A stretch of DNA of 63,998 bases, counting the filler, from Sphacelaria rigidula (Eukaryota): NCBI GenBank assembly GCA_964200075.2. It is 11 parts of 11 records of this genome, joined end to end, with 100 filler letters (N's around TTAATTAATTAA, not from the genome) between each part and the next. Parts side by side here need not be neighbours in the genome. Positions count along the whole stretch, not along the records: positions 34,964 to 40,690 come from CAXNAA020024924.1; positions 40,791 to 46,517 come from CAXNAA020024925.1; positions 46,618 to 52,344 come from CAXNAA020024926.1; 8 more parts are not named here. One strand, written 5' to 3'. Each line of letters begins with the position of its first letter. Positions within the stretch are counted from its first letter, which is position 1. The notes beneath the pieces were generated by a model, which saw nothing but the letters and a program-made list of their open reading frames with translations, was not told the DNA's origin and did no database searches. This document shows positions 35,100-49,353 of the stretch, in pieces. The position numbers were made by a program, and so were the translations under genes.

Positions 35100-38000
35100 A
35101 CTATTACGATTCAGAGTACGATAGTCGCGCATTCTTTCTTGTCATCGACGCCACGCGGGTTCATTGCTTTGTACTTCAGAGTTCATCAGATCGAACGCAT
35201 TTATGCATGAGTTGTCATAGTCGCGCATGCTGTGGCCTTGTACATTGCAATTGATACATTCGTTGGTGTGGCGGCTGAAAGCGTGGTGTCTAGCCGAAGA
35301 AGACAGAAGCGAGTTCCACAAATGGGGATCATCCGTCACAAAAGCTGTTGTCGAAGTCAAATAAACATCGTCCCATGTCTCCTCGGAGTACGGCCATGCG
35401 ACAAAACTTGCGCAGAATGGGTCTTTGTTACTTCTAACACTCATTGCTGAACCGGCGACAGAGGCGGGGTCCATGTAGCACAAAGTGAACTCGAATTCCG
35501 TCCGCGAGACCCGTAGGTGTTCGCGGAGGAGACAGTGTCAGGCTGTGAACGCGGAGATGAATATTTATCACCCAAGATGGCGGGAGTGAGATTGATTTCT
35601 TGGGGACAAAAGCTGTCCACATTGCGTCTACGGAGGCGTAAGGCACCTTGCGGTGCGCTAGGGCACCCGGAAACAACGACTGCATCAATGCCGGGAACTG
35701 CTCAGACAAACTCGTACGGACATAAGACTGACACATAGAATCAGAAGGCCCACTTTGGCGTCCAGTTTCCAAAGTACTGGACACCAACAACTTGAACTGA
35801 CGAAGGTAGTCGGAAAAAGGCACGTCCGTGGCGACATCAAACGAACTTAGTCGCTGAATGGAGCTATCCTGGGTACTACGATCGAAATAGCCGGTCAGAA
35901 GCCGCTCGAAATCACGGAGTACCGTTGAGCTATTTCGCCCAGAGGCACGGTCCGAATCTATCTCTGCGATGAACCCATCGATGATCTACGTCAGTGAAGA
36001 GGCAAGGTCAGGCGAGCGGTGAGAGATGGCACGGTGTAGGGCCTTACGTAACGGCGTCTGCCAACCATCAACCCAAACGGGATCTTCGAATCGGTGAGCA
36101 CCCGTGCGATCCGCTAATTGCAGAATATTGTGTACAGTACGACGGATGGAGCGAATAAAACTCGAGGTAAACTGTCCTGAGTCCTCATTGTCCGCTGCGG
36201 GCATGGTGTTAATATGCCAAAGTTTCTTGACATCCATCTGTATGTACTCTCTCTGGATAGCAGCTACCCGAGAAGCCTCAGCCTTAGCAGCTGCTGTAGC
36301 CTCGCGGGCTGCGGTCTGTGCTTGGCTAGCCGCGGCGGCAGCTAAAGTGCGGGTCGAGGTCGACGACAAAGGTCGATCTTTGTCATCAGTGTCAGACAAA
36401 CCTAATAACTCGCGGAAAATATCAGCTAAACGAGGGGTGTCTTGCCTGACGTTAATAGACTTGACTGACAGCGGGTCAGTCGTTGACTCGTTCCTGTGGC
36501 GGGGATTGCGGGATGAGCTGTCCGATGAGCCAGATCCCGAACGTTTCCAGTTTGGGTGTTGTTTGCTGCGGACCGTCCGTCGAGAATTAGATCCTCGGCG
36601 TCCTCCATCGGAGGATCCGGAACCGTCGCGGCGACCCCCGCGTCGCCACCCTGGCGGTCATCATTGTCGCCGTTGTGGTTGTGCGGCCGACAGTTTGCGG
36701 TGACCGGAGTCCATCTGTCATCGTCATTGTCGTTCATGTCGTCAGCGGAGGTGCTGGACTGAAACGCGTACCGTAAGGCTTGCAGAAGGCTATGGGCGGC
36801 TCTGTTGTAGGTATCGGCACCATCATTGGGATCCGTTTGGGCGTGTGCCACAAGCTGGGCGAGCATCAGAGCATGCGGGTCTGCCACCTGAAGTTGTGCG
36901 CCTTGGTCCAGATATAGACCCAAGGGCACTGAGGTCCTATGGTAGACGGTAGTCCACGCGGCCTTGGAATTTTGCAGGGGTTTGTCCACCGTAAAGTAGG
37001 CGGAGATATCTCGCACAGAATGCACGAGCCAAGTGGCCTCGTGGGGGGAGATAGGCAGGCAGGGTTCGTCCGCTGTCGTCGCGTTAGGGCTGGCGGCTTC
37101 CGACTTGCGGGGTATGCGGTACCCCGCAAATGGCGAAGAGACCGCGCCCGATGGTGGAAAAGCCTGGAGCGACGTCGCGCGCGTCCGAGCGGCCTGGTGT
37201 TCGGATAGTGAGGTCGCCGCGGACGCAGCGTGCTCAGCGGTCCGAGTGATGTGTGCCGCCAGCTCCTCAGTCTTTCGTTGACTGGCTGCTACGACCGTTT
37301 GGTGTTCCGCTTGAGCCCGAAGGGCAGCGAAGTGAGTAGCGGTGGCGGTATTAGCGTTGCGTTGCAGGTTAGCCTGCCGGGTGTTTAATTCCTCCCGGAG
37401 GAGGCGAACCGCGTTCTCGTCAGCAGTGCTGGCATTTGGAATATCCTGCGATCTCGGCGCCAGGGCCGTAGCCGTAAGGGTCGGCGCCGGAGTTGTGGTC
37501 GGCAGGGCTGGCACCGGGGTGGCGGCTCAGTAACGAGCGATGATGTCATCCTATGCGTGTCGGTCGTGTTCCAGAAAAAGGCACACAAGATACCCCGTGG
37601 GGCAGAACTCCGCGGTGAGCTGCGGCTGAGAGTGTGGCTTGCCCTGGGACCTGTCAGTCGTGGGGGCGCCGCCAACGGAGGCAGTTGCGGCGGTAGGGGC
37701 TGCAACAACAATGGTCGGAGACCTGGTGTTGTTAGAAGCGCCTTCGACGACGACAGTGGCGGCGGCAGGAGCGGCCGTCACTGCGGCCGAAGGTCCCGCG
37801 GTAGTGCTCGCGGCGGCAGGTAGGGTGGCCAGAGCCGCCGTGTTTTGGCAGGCGCCGCAGTGTGCGCCGTAGTGGCCGCAGTCATTGCCGAAGACGTGGT
37901 GGTCGATGTCTTCGATGAGTCCATGGTCTGTTTGATAGCACGGTGCAGATCAGAATAATGTTGTTGTAGCAAACGGATAGTGGCAGCATCAGCAGTAGAG

Positions 38001-39018
38001 CGGGATGGGACATCGCGGGTAGCTCAAGCTCGTCTATGATGGCGTCGGGGCTCTTAAGAGGAGGTTTCGGTAGCTTTCTTTATCGAGGAAGCTGGGTCCG
38101 ACGATAGGTCAGAAAGGATATTTCTCACGTCGTCTGCATGCACGGTCTGGCCATTACGTATGTGTTGTCGGTGCTGCGGGTGCTGAATGAACGGAGCACG
38201 ACCACTTGTGTGACACCCCCAAGAAAATGGCTGTCGTTGTCATGCCTAACACGCCGCGTCGATTCACGGTGGTGTGTGGCACGGACCACGCTTCCGTAGG
38301 GAGCGAAAAATCGACGAGAATGATCTCTAGCTTGGCTTTTTCTCAGGGGTTATACAGACCGCGCAGTGACGACTGAGGAGTCACTACTTGCGGCGGCAAT
38401 TTCTGTAGTTTGAGCCCAGCGGACTAGCTGCGCGTAAGAGGGGCGTGCCTGAGTATGTATCGTGGCGTCGTAGAACCTCTTGAGTGCCACGGCAAAATTT
38501 GTGCCAGGATCGTCGGCGGAACCAGCAACACCCGTGGCAGTATTTCGAACGGCGGAGGCGTGCCGCTTCGGCTGGGACGGAGAAACATTATTTTTCTCCG
38601 AACTGAGCGCGAGGGGAGAATCCACCGCTATGGGCTCAACCGAGGGCGCCATACTAGCCGCGGATTCCAGAACGGCATCCGTGGAAGCATTCCTCAGGGA
38701 GAGGGGTGCTTCGGCACAAGCCGGTATCGAACCGTCACGGGGTGTTACATCGTGAGACATGGGCGTTGCAGCCGCAGCCGGTATCGAATCGTCACGGGAA
38801 GTTAAATCGTGGGACATGGGCGTTGCAGCCGTAACTGCTGTAGAGTCACCACGGAATGGTACGTCGTGAGGCACTTTTGACTTTGCAGTCCGCCGGTCTT
38901 CAAGTCCCGTAGAAAGAGTAGCGTCTGATGTCGACCCGCCACGGAATGTTACGCCGTGAGACAGTCTCGACTTCGCAGGCTGCTGGTCTTCAAGTCCCGT
39001 AGATAGAGCAGCGCTCAT
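35100..39018 (-). pseudogene. Frameshifted gag-like polyprotein region of a retrotransposon (long Ala/Thr-rich N-terminus, capsid-like helices, degenerate zinc knuckle)
   Basis: Chain of minus ORFs: 38350-39018, 36426-37514, 35986-36399, 35434-35823 (PFSDYLRQFKLLVS) and 35142-35483 (CINCNVQGHSMRDY, a CX2CX4HX4C knuckle with the last C changed to Y). Intronless. Confidence 0.65.
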
Positions 39019-39452
39019 AGGTTATTGTCGTAAAGCTGTGGGTGAAGCACCGCCTTTGCTCATGTGACGAGAACGAATAATAGTTTGGCTTCGTTTACGG
39101 CGGGGCCGCGTGCCTCCCGAGCCGGAAGAAAAAGCAGGGCTAATTGGGTGCGACATAATAACCTACGGTTCGGACAATATAGGGCAGTTATGAGGACTAT
39201 TTGGCGCGATCTATAAGCGCAAGTAGCTAAACTGCAGAAGGAAAATATATGTGTTCAGTGCCACGAATGCCCTGACAGAAGATGCAGGGCAGTAGTGTGT
39301 CACCGAAAAAGAGAAAGGGCGCTCATGTCCGAAGGGATGGTCCAATTTGGGAACAATGATGCGACGCAGTAATTAAAGACACCACAGTAAGAGCTGCAAC
39401 ACAACACTTTTCAATAATAAGTGTATCGTAGAGGCAGGAAGGGCGGCCTAAT

Positions 39453-40140
39453 GTCTGTACTCTGGAAAGTGATGTGCCGGTAAAAGCAGAGAAAACTCCG
39501 CGCTCGAGAAATTCTGCGCTCAGTCAAATGCTGGCTGCAGCGCAAAGTCCAACAGGTAGAAACGATATCAGCCTACTGTCTGTACTCTGGAAAACGATAT
39601 GCTGGTAAAAGCAGGAAAACTTTCAGCACTCGAAAAATGTCAGCACTCAAAAAAATGCTGGCCACGGCGCAAAGTTCAACAGGTAGAAACTAGGACAGCC
39701 TAGTGTCTGTACTCTGGAAAACGATGTGCCGGTGAAAGCAGGAATACATTCAGCACTCGAAAAATTCTGAGCTCAGTCAGATGCTGGCCGCGGCGCAAAG
39801 TCTAAGAGGTAGGAACGAGGACAGCGTGCCGTCTGTACTCTGGAAAACGATGTGCCGATAAAAGCAGGAAAAAATTCAGCACTCGAAAAATTCAGCACCA
39901 AAAAAGAACTGCTGGCTACGACGCAAAGTCCAACAGGTAGAAACGAGGACAGCCTACCATCTGTACTCTGGAAAACGATGTGCCGGTGAAAGCAGGAAAA
40001 AAACTCAGCACTCGAAAAATTCCGCTCTCAGTCAAATGCTGGACGCGGCGCGAAGTCCAAGAGGTAAAAACAAGGACAGACTACCGTCTCTAATCTGGAA
40101 AACGACGTGTCGGTGAAAGCAGGAAAAAATTCAGCACTCA
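39453..40140. repeat. ~126-bp tandem repeat, ~5.5 copies
   Basis: gtctgtactctggaaaacgatgtgccggt.aaagcagg... at 39453, 39578, 39705, 39831, 39959 and 40086. Confidence 0.92.
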
Positions 40141-41729
40141 GTTATTGTGTCTCGGGAATTTATAGCCGAGAGACGGGCACCGTAAAAAATATCACAGCTG
40201 CCTGAGCTGTGAAATTCTATAACCCCTTTTTGTGCTTGTACGGCGTTGCTCAAAAGATGTGCGAAGCACACGGGATGAACGAGAAAAACCTGCTAACACA
40301 ACGATGCACCCTGTGCGGTGTTCCTGTAACAACGGTACAGGGGGGAAACACTCCTGGTAAAACGAACGGGCAACGGGGCAATTTACTCGAGCCCGCGAGG
40401 CCTGAGTGTGAGGTTCTCTCGCACGGACTACCGTAGATCCTTGTGCGCTAAGCACGGATTTGCTAATAATGCACAGCAAAGCGGGTTGGTTGACGCGTTT
40501 GAAATTGACACGGCGTGAAACAAGGCGTGCAAACGAAAGCTGTAGCAAACAGCAAGAGTCGCAAGTCGCAAGCAGAATACACAGAGTAACACACGGGGGG
40601 GGGGGGGGGGGGGTACCCATTTTTTTTTTTCCTTTGTCGTTTGCCCCTTTACCCCCCATCCCTTTCGAGAGGGGCCCCCAACCCCAGGGGNNNNNNNNNN
40701 NNNNNNNNNNNNNNNNNNNNNNNNNNNNNNNNNNTTAATTAATTAANNNNNNNNNNNNNNNNNNNNNNNNNNNNNNNNNNNNNNNNNNNNCCTTTCGAGA
40801 CGGAGCAGCTTGGGGGGGGGCGTTCTCATGTGTTGCTTGCCTTTGTCGTCTGACCATTGACCACGCATCCCTTTCGAGACGGAGCACTTGGGGGGGGGGG
40901 GAGGGACCTTCCTGTCCTGTTTGTATAAAACGGGGCATTAATGTCAACGCTCACTTATTTTTCATCACGAAAATGAGGATAATATTGCTCCCAGATAAGA
41001 ATGGGTGCCGGGGCCGCTGTGATGGTGCCTGACTTGTAGAGTCTGCGTTCATGGATGTACTGCAGTAGTGCAGAGCAACCAGGATGATAGTCAGCCCCAG
41101 ACAGAACGTGTCTAGACTTGTGTCGTCTTTTGAATCACGGAATCAACGCTCACCCTTGTATCCGTCTGTCTCTCGTTTTTTTCTTGTTTAGACCGGCTTG
41201 TCATTTTCTCGTCTTCCCCGCAGTTCTGGTCTGATCGACGGGCGTTCTGAGTCAACACACCCCGAAGAAACCTCAGAGCTCTCTCCCCTCATGAGGAAAA
41301 ATCATTCCGTTTCTCATTAACGTCTATCCGGCTACACCACGTGAGCTTGCAAACATCCGTCATTCCTTGACCCTTTAACCGTGAGCTCTCCTCGGAGTGA
41401 CTCGATAGTGACTACTAGGGCTGTAAATCGGTTGGTTGCGTCAATGCAATATATCTGGGAGATTGGCGTAGACGATACACGATGACTTGAGCGAATGCAC
41501 TGGCATGCGTTGATGCCATTGGGGCTTCAGCCGCCCGGTGAATCCCTTAGCTCGAGAAAAGCCCCCCCCCCCCCCCCCGCTCTCCCCTCGTGGTGAGACA
41601 CCCATGAGGCAGCGGATAAGCTGTCGCTGTCTCTGGAAGTGGCGATGCCGGAGAATGAAGCAACTTATCGGAGGTTGTCATCTATATGCAAGATAATCAG
41701 TAGGCCGAATAAATCTTGGCAGGATACGG

Positions 41730-41895
41730 GTCACCCTTCATGCGACTCGCCGAACACACCACGACGCTTCGCGCTTGGTGATTGTTTGCGAGCCTGGCCC
41801 GGCGAAAAGCCGGCGTGCTCCGCCCCGGCTTTGCAGGGATGCGAGGTCAATGGTCTCATGACTGTGGCATGCAACATCATGAGTACACCCCCTAC
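41730..41895 (+). repeat. LINE/SINE 3'-tail copy
   Basis: tcacccttcatgcgactcgcc.aacacaccac..cgcttcgcgcttgg...gggatgcgaggtcaatgg...gagtacacccc, as at 7458-7620 and 45041-45210. Confidence 0.8.
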
Positions 41896-42586
41896 CCCCT
41901 CCATGGGATCGGCGTTGGTTGGCAGAGACGCCGTAATACACGTCACTCACTGCGTGAGCTAGGCAACCAGTTTACCAGGATTTTTTCGCGCTTTCGTTTT
42001 CTTGCGGGAACCATGATGATGCCTGGTCCGGCTGAAACCCGGCATACTCCGTTCCGGCTTTGTAGGGACGGACCCCCCATGGACTTAGCGTCAGTTGGCA
42101 ACGACGCTGTAAAACGCGCCACTCAGTGCGTAAGCTAGGCCGCCAGGTTACTGCTTTTCTATTTCGCGCTTGTGCTATTTTGCGGTAACCATGATGATGG
42201 TCGGGTTAGATTATATTGTGCGGGGTGGGGGAACCTCAATTCGCTGCAAAGAGGATGATCAAAAACTACGTCGTGTTTTAATGGTAAGACAACCATGAGA
42301 CAAGGTGGAACCCGCGGCTGTCTCTGGAAATGGCGATGCCAGAAAATGAGGCAACTCATTGGAGGCTGTCATCCAAATGTAAGATAATCAGTACGATTCG
42401 AGTCGAACAGAACAACCTTACACACGTCGGACGGATCAGCTCGTAACAGATCCGGGTCAGCTCATTTGGGGCATAGATCACGATATGTCCGAGGTGTGCT
42501 GTCACCCGTACACGTTTGTCCGATGCTGATCCGTAGGGCCCACTTGACCCGTACATGTTTGCCGAGCGACAAGCCGTATGACCCGC

Positions 42587-42588
<2 letters not shown>

Positions 42589-42629
<41 letters not shown>
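42589..42629. repeat. (CA)n microsatellite
   Basis: About 20 CA units. Confidence 0.95.
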
Positions 42630-42631
<2 letters not shown>

Positions 42632-42956
42632 TTGTGTACAACTGATCTGCAGAACTGCGTCATCTGTACAACATCACATACTGTGATTTATATCACTCGG
42701 GTCAGGCAAGCGCAGTAGCTTGTCGTCGACCCGCGCAATTCGAATGTCATGTACACCGAAAGCTACCCTTCAACTGTGGAATTCGAATCTAGTATACAAG
42801 AAACACTTTCCCGCACCTGTAAGATGCGGATCAAGTATGCAAGGAAATAGTATTCATTTCCCTCACCTGTTAATCTGTATGGCCCGGGTACAACGTATGT
42901 CCACAAGTCCGGACGTTGGCTGAAGCAACCCGGGCACATGGAGCATGAAGGACGTA

Positions 42957-43508
42957 CAGTAGTGGGCGGTCTAACTATTCATTTCGTGGCTTTTTATGAC
43001 TTTTTCGTAATTGGCGACTTTCTTGGGCTTTTTTCACTTGCCACCCCTAATCACATCGGGGATCTGAAGATATTGATATCCGCTCCACATTCCAAGAAGA
43101 AAAAATCGTCTGTACTCAATATTTAGTGACTTTCGGGCTGACCAGTCATCGGGGGTCCTGCCGCGTTTCAGCCCAGGTTCTTACCCTTCTGTATTTTCGG
43201 TCGATCGAGGCTGTCCCGATCATATTTTTAAAGAAATGTAAAGTTTTATTTTCTTGAAACTCTGCCTAGTCAGTGCACTAGGGCCGAAAAACTGTGTGTT
43301 CACGGTCAATAACACCCTCCTGATAAACGGGGCATTTACTCGTTTCGCCCGATAATACCAACTAACTCTGACTTGGGCACTGTGTTTCGAAGATGATCTG
43401 TTTTTTTGTACCAAAATCTACCGACGCTAGCAATTTTGAGTTCTATCGAAGAGTAGTACGCAAGGAAAACCCCCAAACACCCCTAAATAGTTAGACCGCC
43501 CACTACTG
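42957..43508. mobile_element. 552-bp Tc1/mariner-type MITE with perfect 23-bp TIRs and TA TSD
   Basis: TA|cagtagtgggcggtctaactatt ... aatagttagaccgcccactactg|TA. Confidence 0.9.
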
Positions 43509-44002
43509 TATATTTTATTCCGAGTGGTTCCACGGTGGGGGGTGCATATTTTTTCCGGAGATCTGCACTGTCAGCGCGTTCTAATGAAGTACACAATGAA
43601 CAGTATTCAGTATTCCTCACCTGCCAACTCGTATAGCCCTGGTACAATGTGTGTGCTCACAAGTCCGTGTGTTGACTGTTGACTCAGCAGCTAGACGAAG
43701 TACATATATTTGTTGGCGCTTGTCATCCCCGAGGAGATGCCTATGTTGTCTGACAGTCAGGCAAGGCATGCATTCCTCATCGGCAATGCCACTCTCGTGA
43801 GGAAGTGGAGTTGTCGTCGAATGGGCCAGCAGGAGGGGATGAGTCGGTGGATGAGTCGGTGGATGAGTCGGGTTTCTTCGACGCTCTTCCGAACTTCGCA
43901 CCGTAGAGGTCTGCTGCACTTGGTAGAGTTTTTTTCGCGTGGTCTTAGCGCTGAGCGTCGTGGCGAAACGTAATTTGGCCTTCTTTCACTCCGGTACCAG
44001 TC

Positions 44003-44003
44003 G

Positions 44004-44034
<31 letters not shown>
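44003..44034. repeat. (GTT)n microsatellite
   Basis: About 10 GTT units. Confidence 0.95.
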
Positions 44035-45037
44035 CGTCTTCACATTAAAAACCGTTCCATTATCTGCGCGGTACTCTGTTCTGGGCATCTGATGCGAACG
44101 CCTTCCGTGGTCACAAGCTGACTACCCCAAGCTAGGGTAAAAGCAAATCATAAAACAAATCGGACCCACAAACATTTCACATAGACGCGATACAAATATA
44201 AAATAAATAAAAAACCAAAAAAATACAAAAGAGGAAGGAAAAAAGGACTATTGCTAGCCCTTTTGAGTTCCGATGTCATGCGCGACCATTCGGGCTACTA
44301 GAGGCAGAAGTAGTGATGAGGAATAGTAGTTGTGATCGGCGTAGATGAGACGTATGTTCAGCTATGCCAGCGGCAGTCGAGTGTTTTCGTATATCCTTGT
44401 TCAGGGTGCACACTCATGCGCGGCGGGAAAAGGAATGAACAAGATACAGCTATATGCTCGATTAGCTCATCATAAAATTTTCGGAGAAGAGTCATCGACG
44501 TGCACATTGCCGGCGTTGAAGCACGGGTATCTCCCGCAAGCCTGCTCGACGATCAGGCGTATAACCTTTGCGATCTGAAATTGATCCGTATCCGTATGAC
44601 CCGTTCACTCTATATGTATTTCTCGCGTGGTAACTTAATAGAACCCGGTTGCTCTGGACACATGGCCGTTATGACTGATGTGTATGACCCGTGTGATTCG
44701 TACAGATCTGTGTGATGATGATATGTATGAGCCGAGTATCCGTACAAACCTGCCACGAGTGATTTGTATGGTCTGTTAACCCGTACATTACCTCCTTGGG
44801 CACACCTATGTAATCCGAATCAGGTGTACTCGCAACGTCAAGAAGAACCTGTGTATCCTCATAACCCGTACAAGATACCTCCCTTCTGATCGATGATATC
44901 CGGAACACGAGGACCGTTCCATAACCAGTTGCATTGTATCATTCAAATCGGGGACACAGGTGTGTTCACACTCGAGCTGTATGATCTGCGTCCCAAAAAA
45001 AGTGATATGTCGGACGTGTGCAACCTTAGCAAGATGC

Positions 45038-45300
45038 AGCTCACCCTTCATGCGACTTGCCCAACACACCACGGCGCTTCGCGCTTGGCGATTGACTGCG
45101 AGCCTGGCCCGGCGACAATCTGGCGTTTTCCGTCCCGGCTTCGTAGGGATGCGAGGTCAATGGTCACACAAACACCACATGCAAGATCATGAGGACACCC
45201 CTCCTTCCTAGTCCGGCGAAACCCAGCGTGCTCCGTCCCGGCGTGGGAATGCGAGCTCAATGGTCTTACGGCATGCAAGATCACGAGTAGACCTCCCCCC
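45038..45300 (+). repeat. LINE/SINE 3'-tail copies (tandem, partial)
   Basis: Same family as 7458-7620. Confidence 0.75.
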
Positions 45301-46119
45301 TCCCCCCCGGCTGATTACGGGGCCTCGCTGTAAGGCGCATGGTAGTTTCATGTCCCTTTAAAATCGAGCTCATCATCGGAACCTCAAGGACAGTATGTCA
45401 GTCTAACGAACATTAGCGTGGCAACAACAGAAGATTTTCGACAAAAAATAATTACGGCATGATTGTTCCGAGGAGCAACGGTTTCAACCGTACGAGTCAC
45501 CCACTGTGTTGTCCATCCGTTGTACTTACTACTGGGCTAGAAACCAATATGCCCTTAACCGTGTTAACTGTGTGTTCGAGACACGGTATCCAACAGTTAC
45601 GTCAGCTGCGGGCGGCACGCCTTTCCTTTTTCTCGATCAGTGAGCACTTCACCCACGTGACTGGTTCAGTCTTTTATCAAAGGGCAATAAATATGATATA
45701 TACTCTACGCGTGCATATATATATCCACACGCGGTCATTTGCGAGAGGTTTCCGAAACATTAACTCACTCAAATAATGTTCTGTCACACCTGTGAGTTGG
45801 CAGAAGATGAGTTAGTGTGAAATAAAATCAATCAGTTGCTTTCGTCGTACTTGTGATGGAATTTGTCGCCCCCTCCTCCCGGTGCCCCCGAAATCCGTTC
45901 GGTCCTGTCACGCAGTACATCATCCCTATTATCGCAGACTAGCCCGATCTCTCGAACCCATGGTCAGGGTTAGGGTTACCACTGTTCGTAGTGGATGACG
46001 TAACACAAAACAATCGATCGATTGCCCAACAAACACATCCTCGTCTCTTCTATCGTGCGCAGCATACTTTCAACATCACCCCCTCTTCCCTCCCTCCCTA
46101 CAAGGAGGAACGGGGCGTG

Positions 46120-46517
46120 CTAGAGGGGGGAAATGCGGGGCGTGAACAAAGGGTGGCATGAAAATGTTTGATGCATTAGACAGTAGCGAAAAAACAATGG
46201 CTACACTAGGAGATACATGGTGACCACAGACGGCGAAACAGGAAGAGGATAAGATGTATGAAAATTTTTGTGTAATGTATGGAAAAAAGTAAATGAGCGC
46301 TGGAAGAAAGTAAATGAGCGCCGGAATGTTGCACGTGTCTCTATGGGGAGTAGGAACGGTGCTCCTTCTCGAAAGGGGTGCGTGGTGAATCGTCAAACGA
46401 CTAAGGCAAGCAACAAATGAGTACACCCCCCCCCCTCCCTCCCAAGTAATGAGCGCCAGAATGTTGGAGGTGTCTCTATTAGGAGTAGGAACGGTGCTCC
46501 GTCTCGAAAGGGATGCG
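46120..46517 (+). mobile_element. LINE 3' remnant homologous to 7150-7430
   Basis: ggagatacatg.tg.ccacaga.ggcgaaacaggaa...aggcaagcaacaaatgagtac is shared with contig 2. Confidence 0.75.
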
Positions 46518-48138
46518 NNNNNNNNNNNNNNNNNNNNNNNNNNNNNNNNNNNNNNNNNNNNTTAATTAATTAANNNNNNNNNNNNNNNNNNNNNNNNNNN
46601 NNNNNNNNNNNNNNNNNCTGGGACCCAAAAAACGCTCCGGAAAAACTCGGGAAGGGTATACTGAGTGCAAGAAATGCCATAAAACCAAGCTGCGACCACC
46701 CTGCATTTGGAAACCTGGGAAGGCTTATCTAGGTCAGGGATAGGGCCCAACACGATCTTTGCAGTGGCATCACATCCGGCAACAACCCCCGCGCTGGTCG
46801 TTCGGGTCTGGCCGATAAATTTCGCCTCGCTGTGATTGGGTAGGTCGCTCGAAGACATATTTTTTATCATTCTACTAACACAGGGTCAACCCTGTGTTAG
46901 TGGGGGTCCGGTCCCAAAAGGGTTTATCATGATTAGTTGATTTTTTCCAGGAAGACAAGACACGTTCGCGTCGTGTATTTTTTTCTTTTTTTTGCCTGCG
47001 GCGCAACCATTAATGGACGGTTATGTGTACTCATCAACTCTACTCCCGGAAAGACGCCAGCAACGACAAACACATAGCAGCACACAGCACACAACATACC
47101 ACACGCCACGTAGCACCGCACTCTAGCAGCATACTGAGGGCCACACGGAACTTGACACAATGAGGGGCGCGGGCAAGGGCAAATCACGTGCTGTAGGCGA
47201 GAAGGACACCCTGGAGAGCCCTCTCCAGCGCCAGGGCAACCCCAATTTCGTGCTAAAAACATCCCCTTTTTAGCCCCGATATCGAGGCATAAAGGTGCTT
47301 TCGCACATACGCTTTGGGGGCATGGAAGACGGTCAACCCCCAAAAACAGTTTCAAGGAGGTCGGGGGGCATGAGGTCGTCCATATTAGATTCAATGATCA
47401 TCCCTTTAGGTCAGGGAAAGCACTGTTTTCGAGTTGAACCTCAAAAACGGATCCAGGCTGTCATGATCAAAGCCACTCTCAATCAGCGCTCTACTCCCCA
47501 TCTCACGAAAACGTTGTTATATTTACCTGTGGTATACTGTGGTGGGGGAGGGTGTCTTCAAGTATACTGCTTTCAGGGAGCGGGGGAAAAAGGAAAATTC
47601 GCGCGCATGACGTGTTTTGTAGCGACACTCGCATCGCATCATTATTTTTTCTCGGCAGTCACATCCACAACCCGACATGATATACACGGAGTCATGTATA
47701 ATATGAGCTGCAAACATTCAACAAGGAGCTTCATCTACACGCGAGTGCAATCTAGGTACTACTGTACTTTCGTTTTTTTGTTTCCTTGTTTGCCAGGCAG
47801 GTTTGACGCGTACATGTTTCATATTGTCTTTCACTTGCTCAAAAAAATAAAACAACCATCCCACCATCCACCCATCCATCCTCAAACAATCTTTAATTTA
47901 ATCAATTAATTTTTATATATTATTTTATTTTTATTCGGGGGTACTTCGAAGTAAAATACAGCGGTAGTACAGAAAGACGGGGTGCTTGAGTACAGATGCA
48001 GCAGGTTGCGCGAAAATATTGAACACGAGACTGCTGCGCTGCTGCTGTGGGCTTGCGTATGCGTGCTCGTGTGCTTTACATCGTTACACGACAAACTTCA
48101 GCCGATTTTTGGGTTGTGTGCTGCTTAAATTCTACCTG

Positions 48139-49077
48139 AAAAAATCAACTAATCAAGTTAGTTGATTTAATTGACGTGATGTTGATTAGTTGATTAAGTC
48201 AACTAATCATGATTAAATCAAGCCGATTTGAAAGAAAAAATCAAGTACCAAATCAACCCCTAAAAATAGTTGATACACAACCCTGATCATGATGCAGCAG
48301 TGCCACGTGATCACGGCAGGTGCGCCCACATATACCGAAAGGTCTCAACCGGCGTCCAGCACAGGTGGGACGACAACACACACACAATGCCACAACGATA
48401 ACTTGGAATGTGAGGTGCGGTGGGGAGTGCGCGAAAATGCTATAACAGTACCATACCTATACGATGGTCATTCAATCTCACTCGTGCTTATTGAAGCACA
48501 ATCTTCTAGGATTTTAAATTTCATTGCAAACTTGAAGTTTCATCACTTCATGTGACATGTCCATGACGTTCCATGTGACGTGTTCATGACGTTCCATGTA
48601 ACACGTGACGTCTAAGGCAGGTGTACCTGTGATAGGAGTGACACATTACATGAAACGTTTCAAGGGTTGGACAAATAATGATTCGCCTGAAAATTACTTG
48701 GTTTTAGTATGATGAGTCGACTCGTGACGAATCAATCCCTAGGCTTTGTTTCAGCGTTGCAACCCAGGTACACGTGGGATGGCGCAAAAGTTGCGTGGAT
48801 ACCCCCTGAACCAGCGATCACCTTTTTCTCCCTTTTGGGCAATCAGGCCGAAGAAATCGTGAATTTGATGATTTTGAGACGTGATGATTTGAACATTTGG
48901 GCAAATTAAAGTTCACGTTACGTTGCGTATAGTAATCACGTTAAAAAATTTAACGTTACGTTCACGTTACATTCATCACTTACAAAAATGACGTTCACGT
49001 TACGTTTCGGCCAAAACGTAACGTGAACGTGACGTGTAACTGTAACGCTGTGGCATATGTAACGTGCAGACCCCTGT
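48139..49077. repeat. Two probable DNA-transposon ends with clustered subterminal motifs (AGTTGATT/AATCAACT, ending aaccctg at ~48286; ACGTTACG/ACGTGACG, ending gacccctg at ~49077)
   Basis: Short motifs densely repeated in both orientations, each cluster ending in CCCTG (CAGGG terminus, hAT-like). No TSD pair confirmed. Confidence 0.4.
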
Positions 49078-49353
49078 GTTTTTCGATGTGGAGACTATTC
49101 TGGCTACGGCTCAGAGAGGCGTCCCCCACATATTCAACCAGCAGCCACCCCCATCAAAGCTTCTGGCAATTGTGTTTACTCAGCCATATCCCACAGAGAG
49201 CGAGCTACAGCAGGAGCGCGAAACATGACACCTCGTAGGCACAAACAAAAGGTCGAAGTTGCAGTTATAGCTTTCACAATTGTGTTGGATGCCAAACATG
49301 ATACAGACGAACCCTACTGTTTACTGGACTTGAGTGCACGAATGTATACACAC

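Noticed and set aside
39453..40140. Possible CRISPR-like array (also 19322-20130)
   Set aside because: Whole units are homologous with no unique spacers, there are no cas genes, and the context is eukaryotic.
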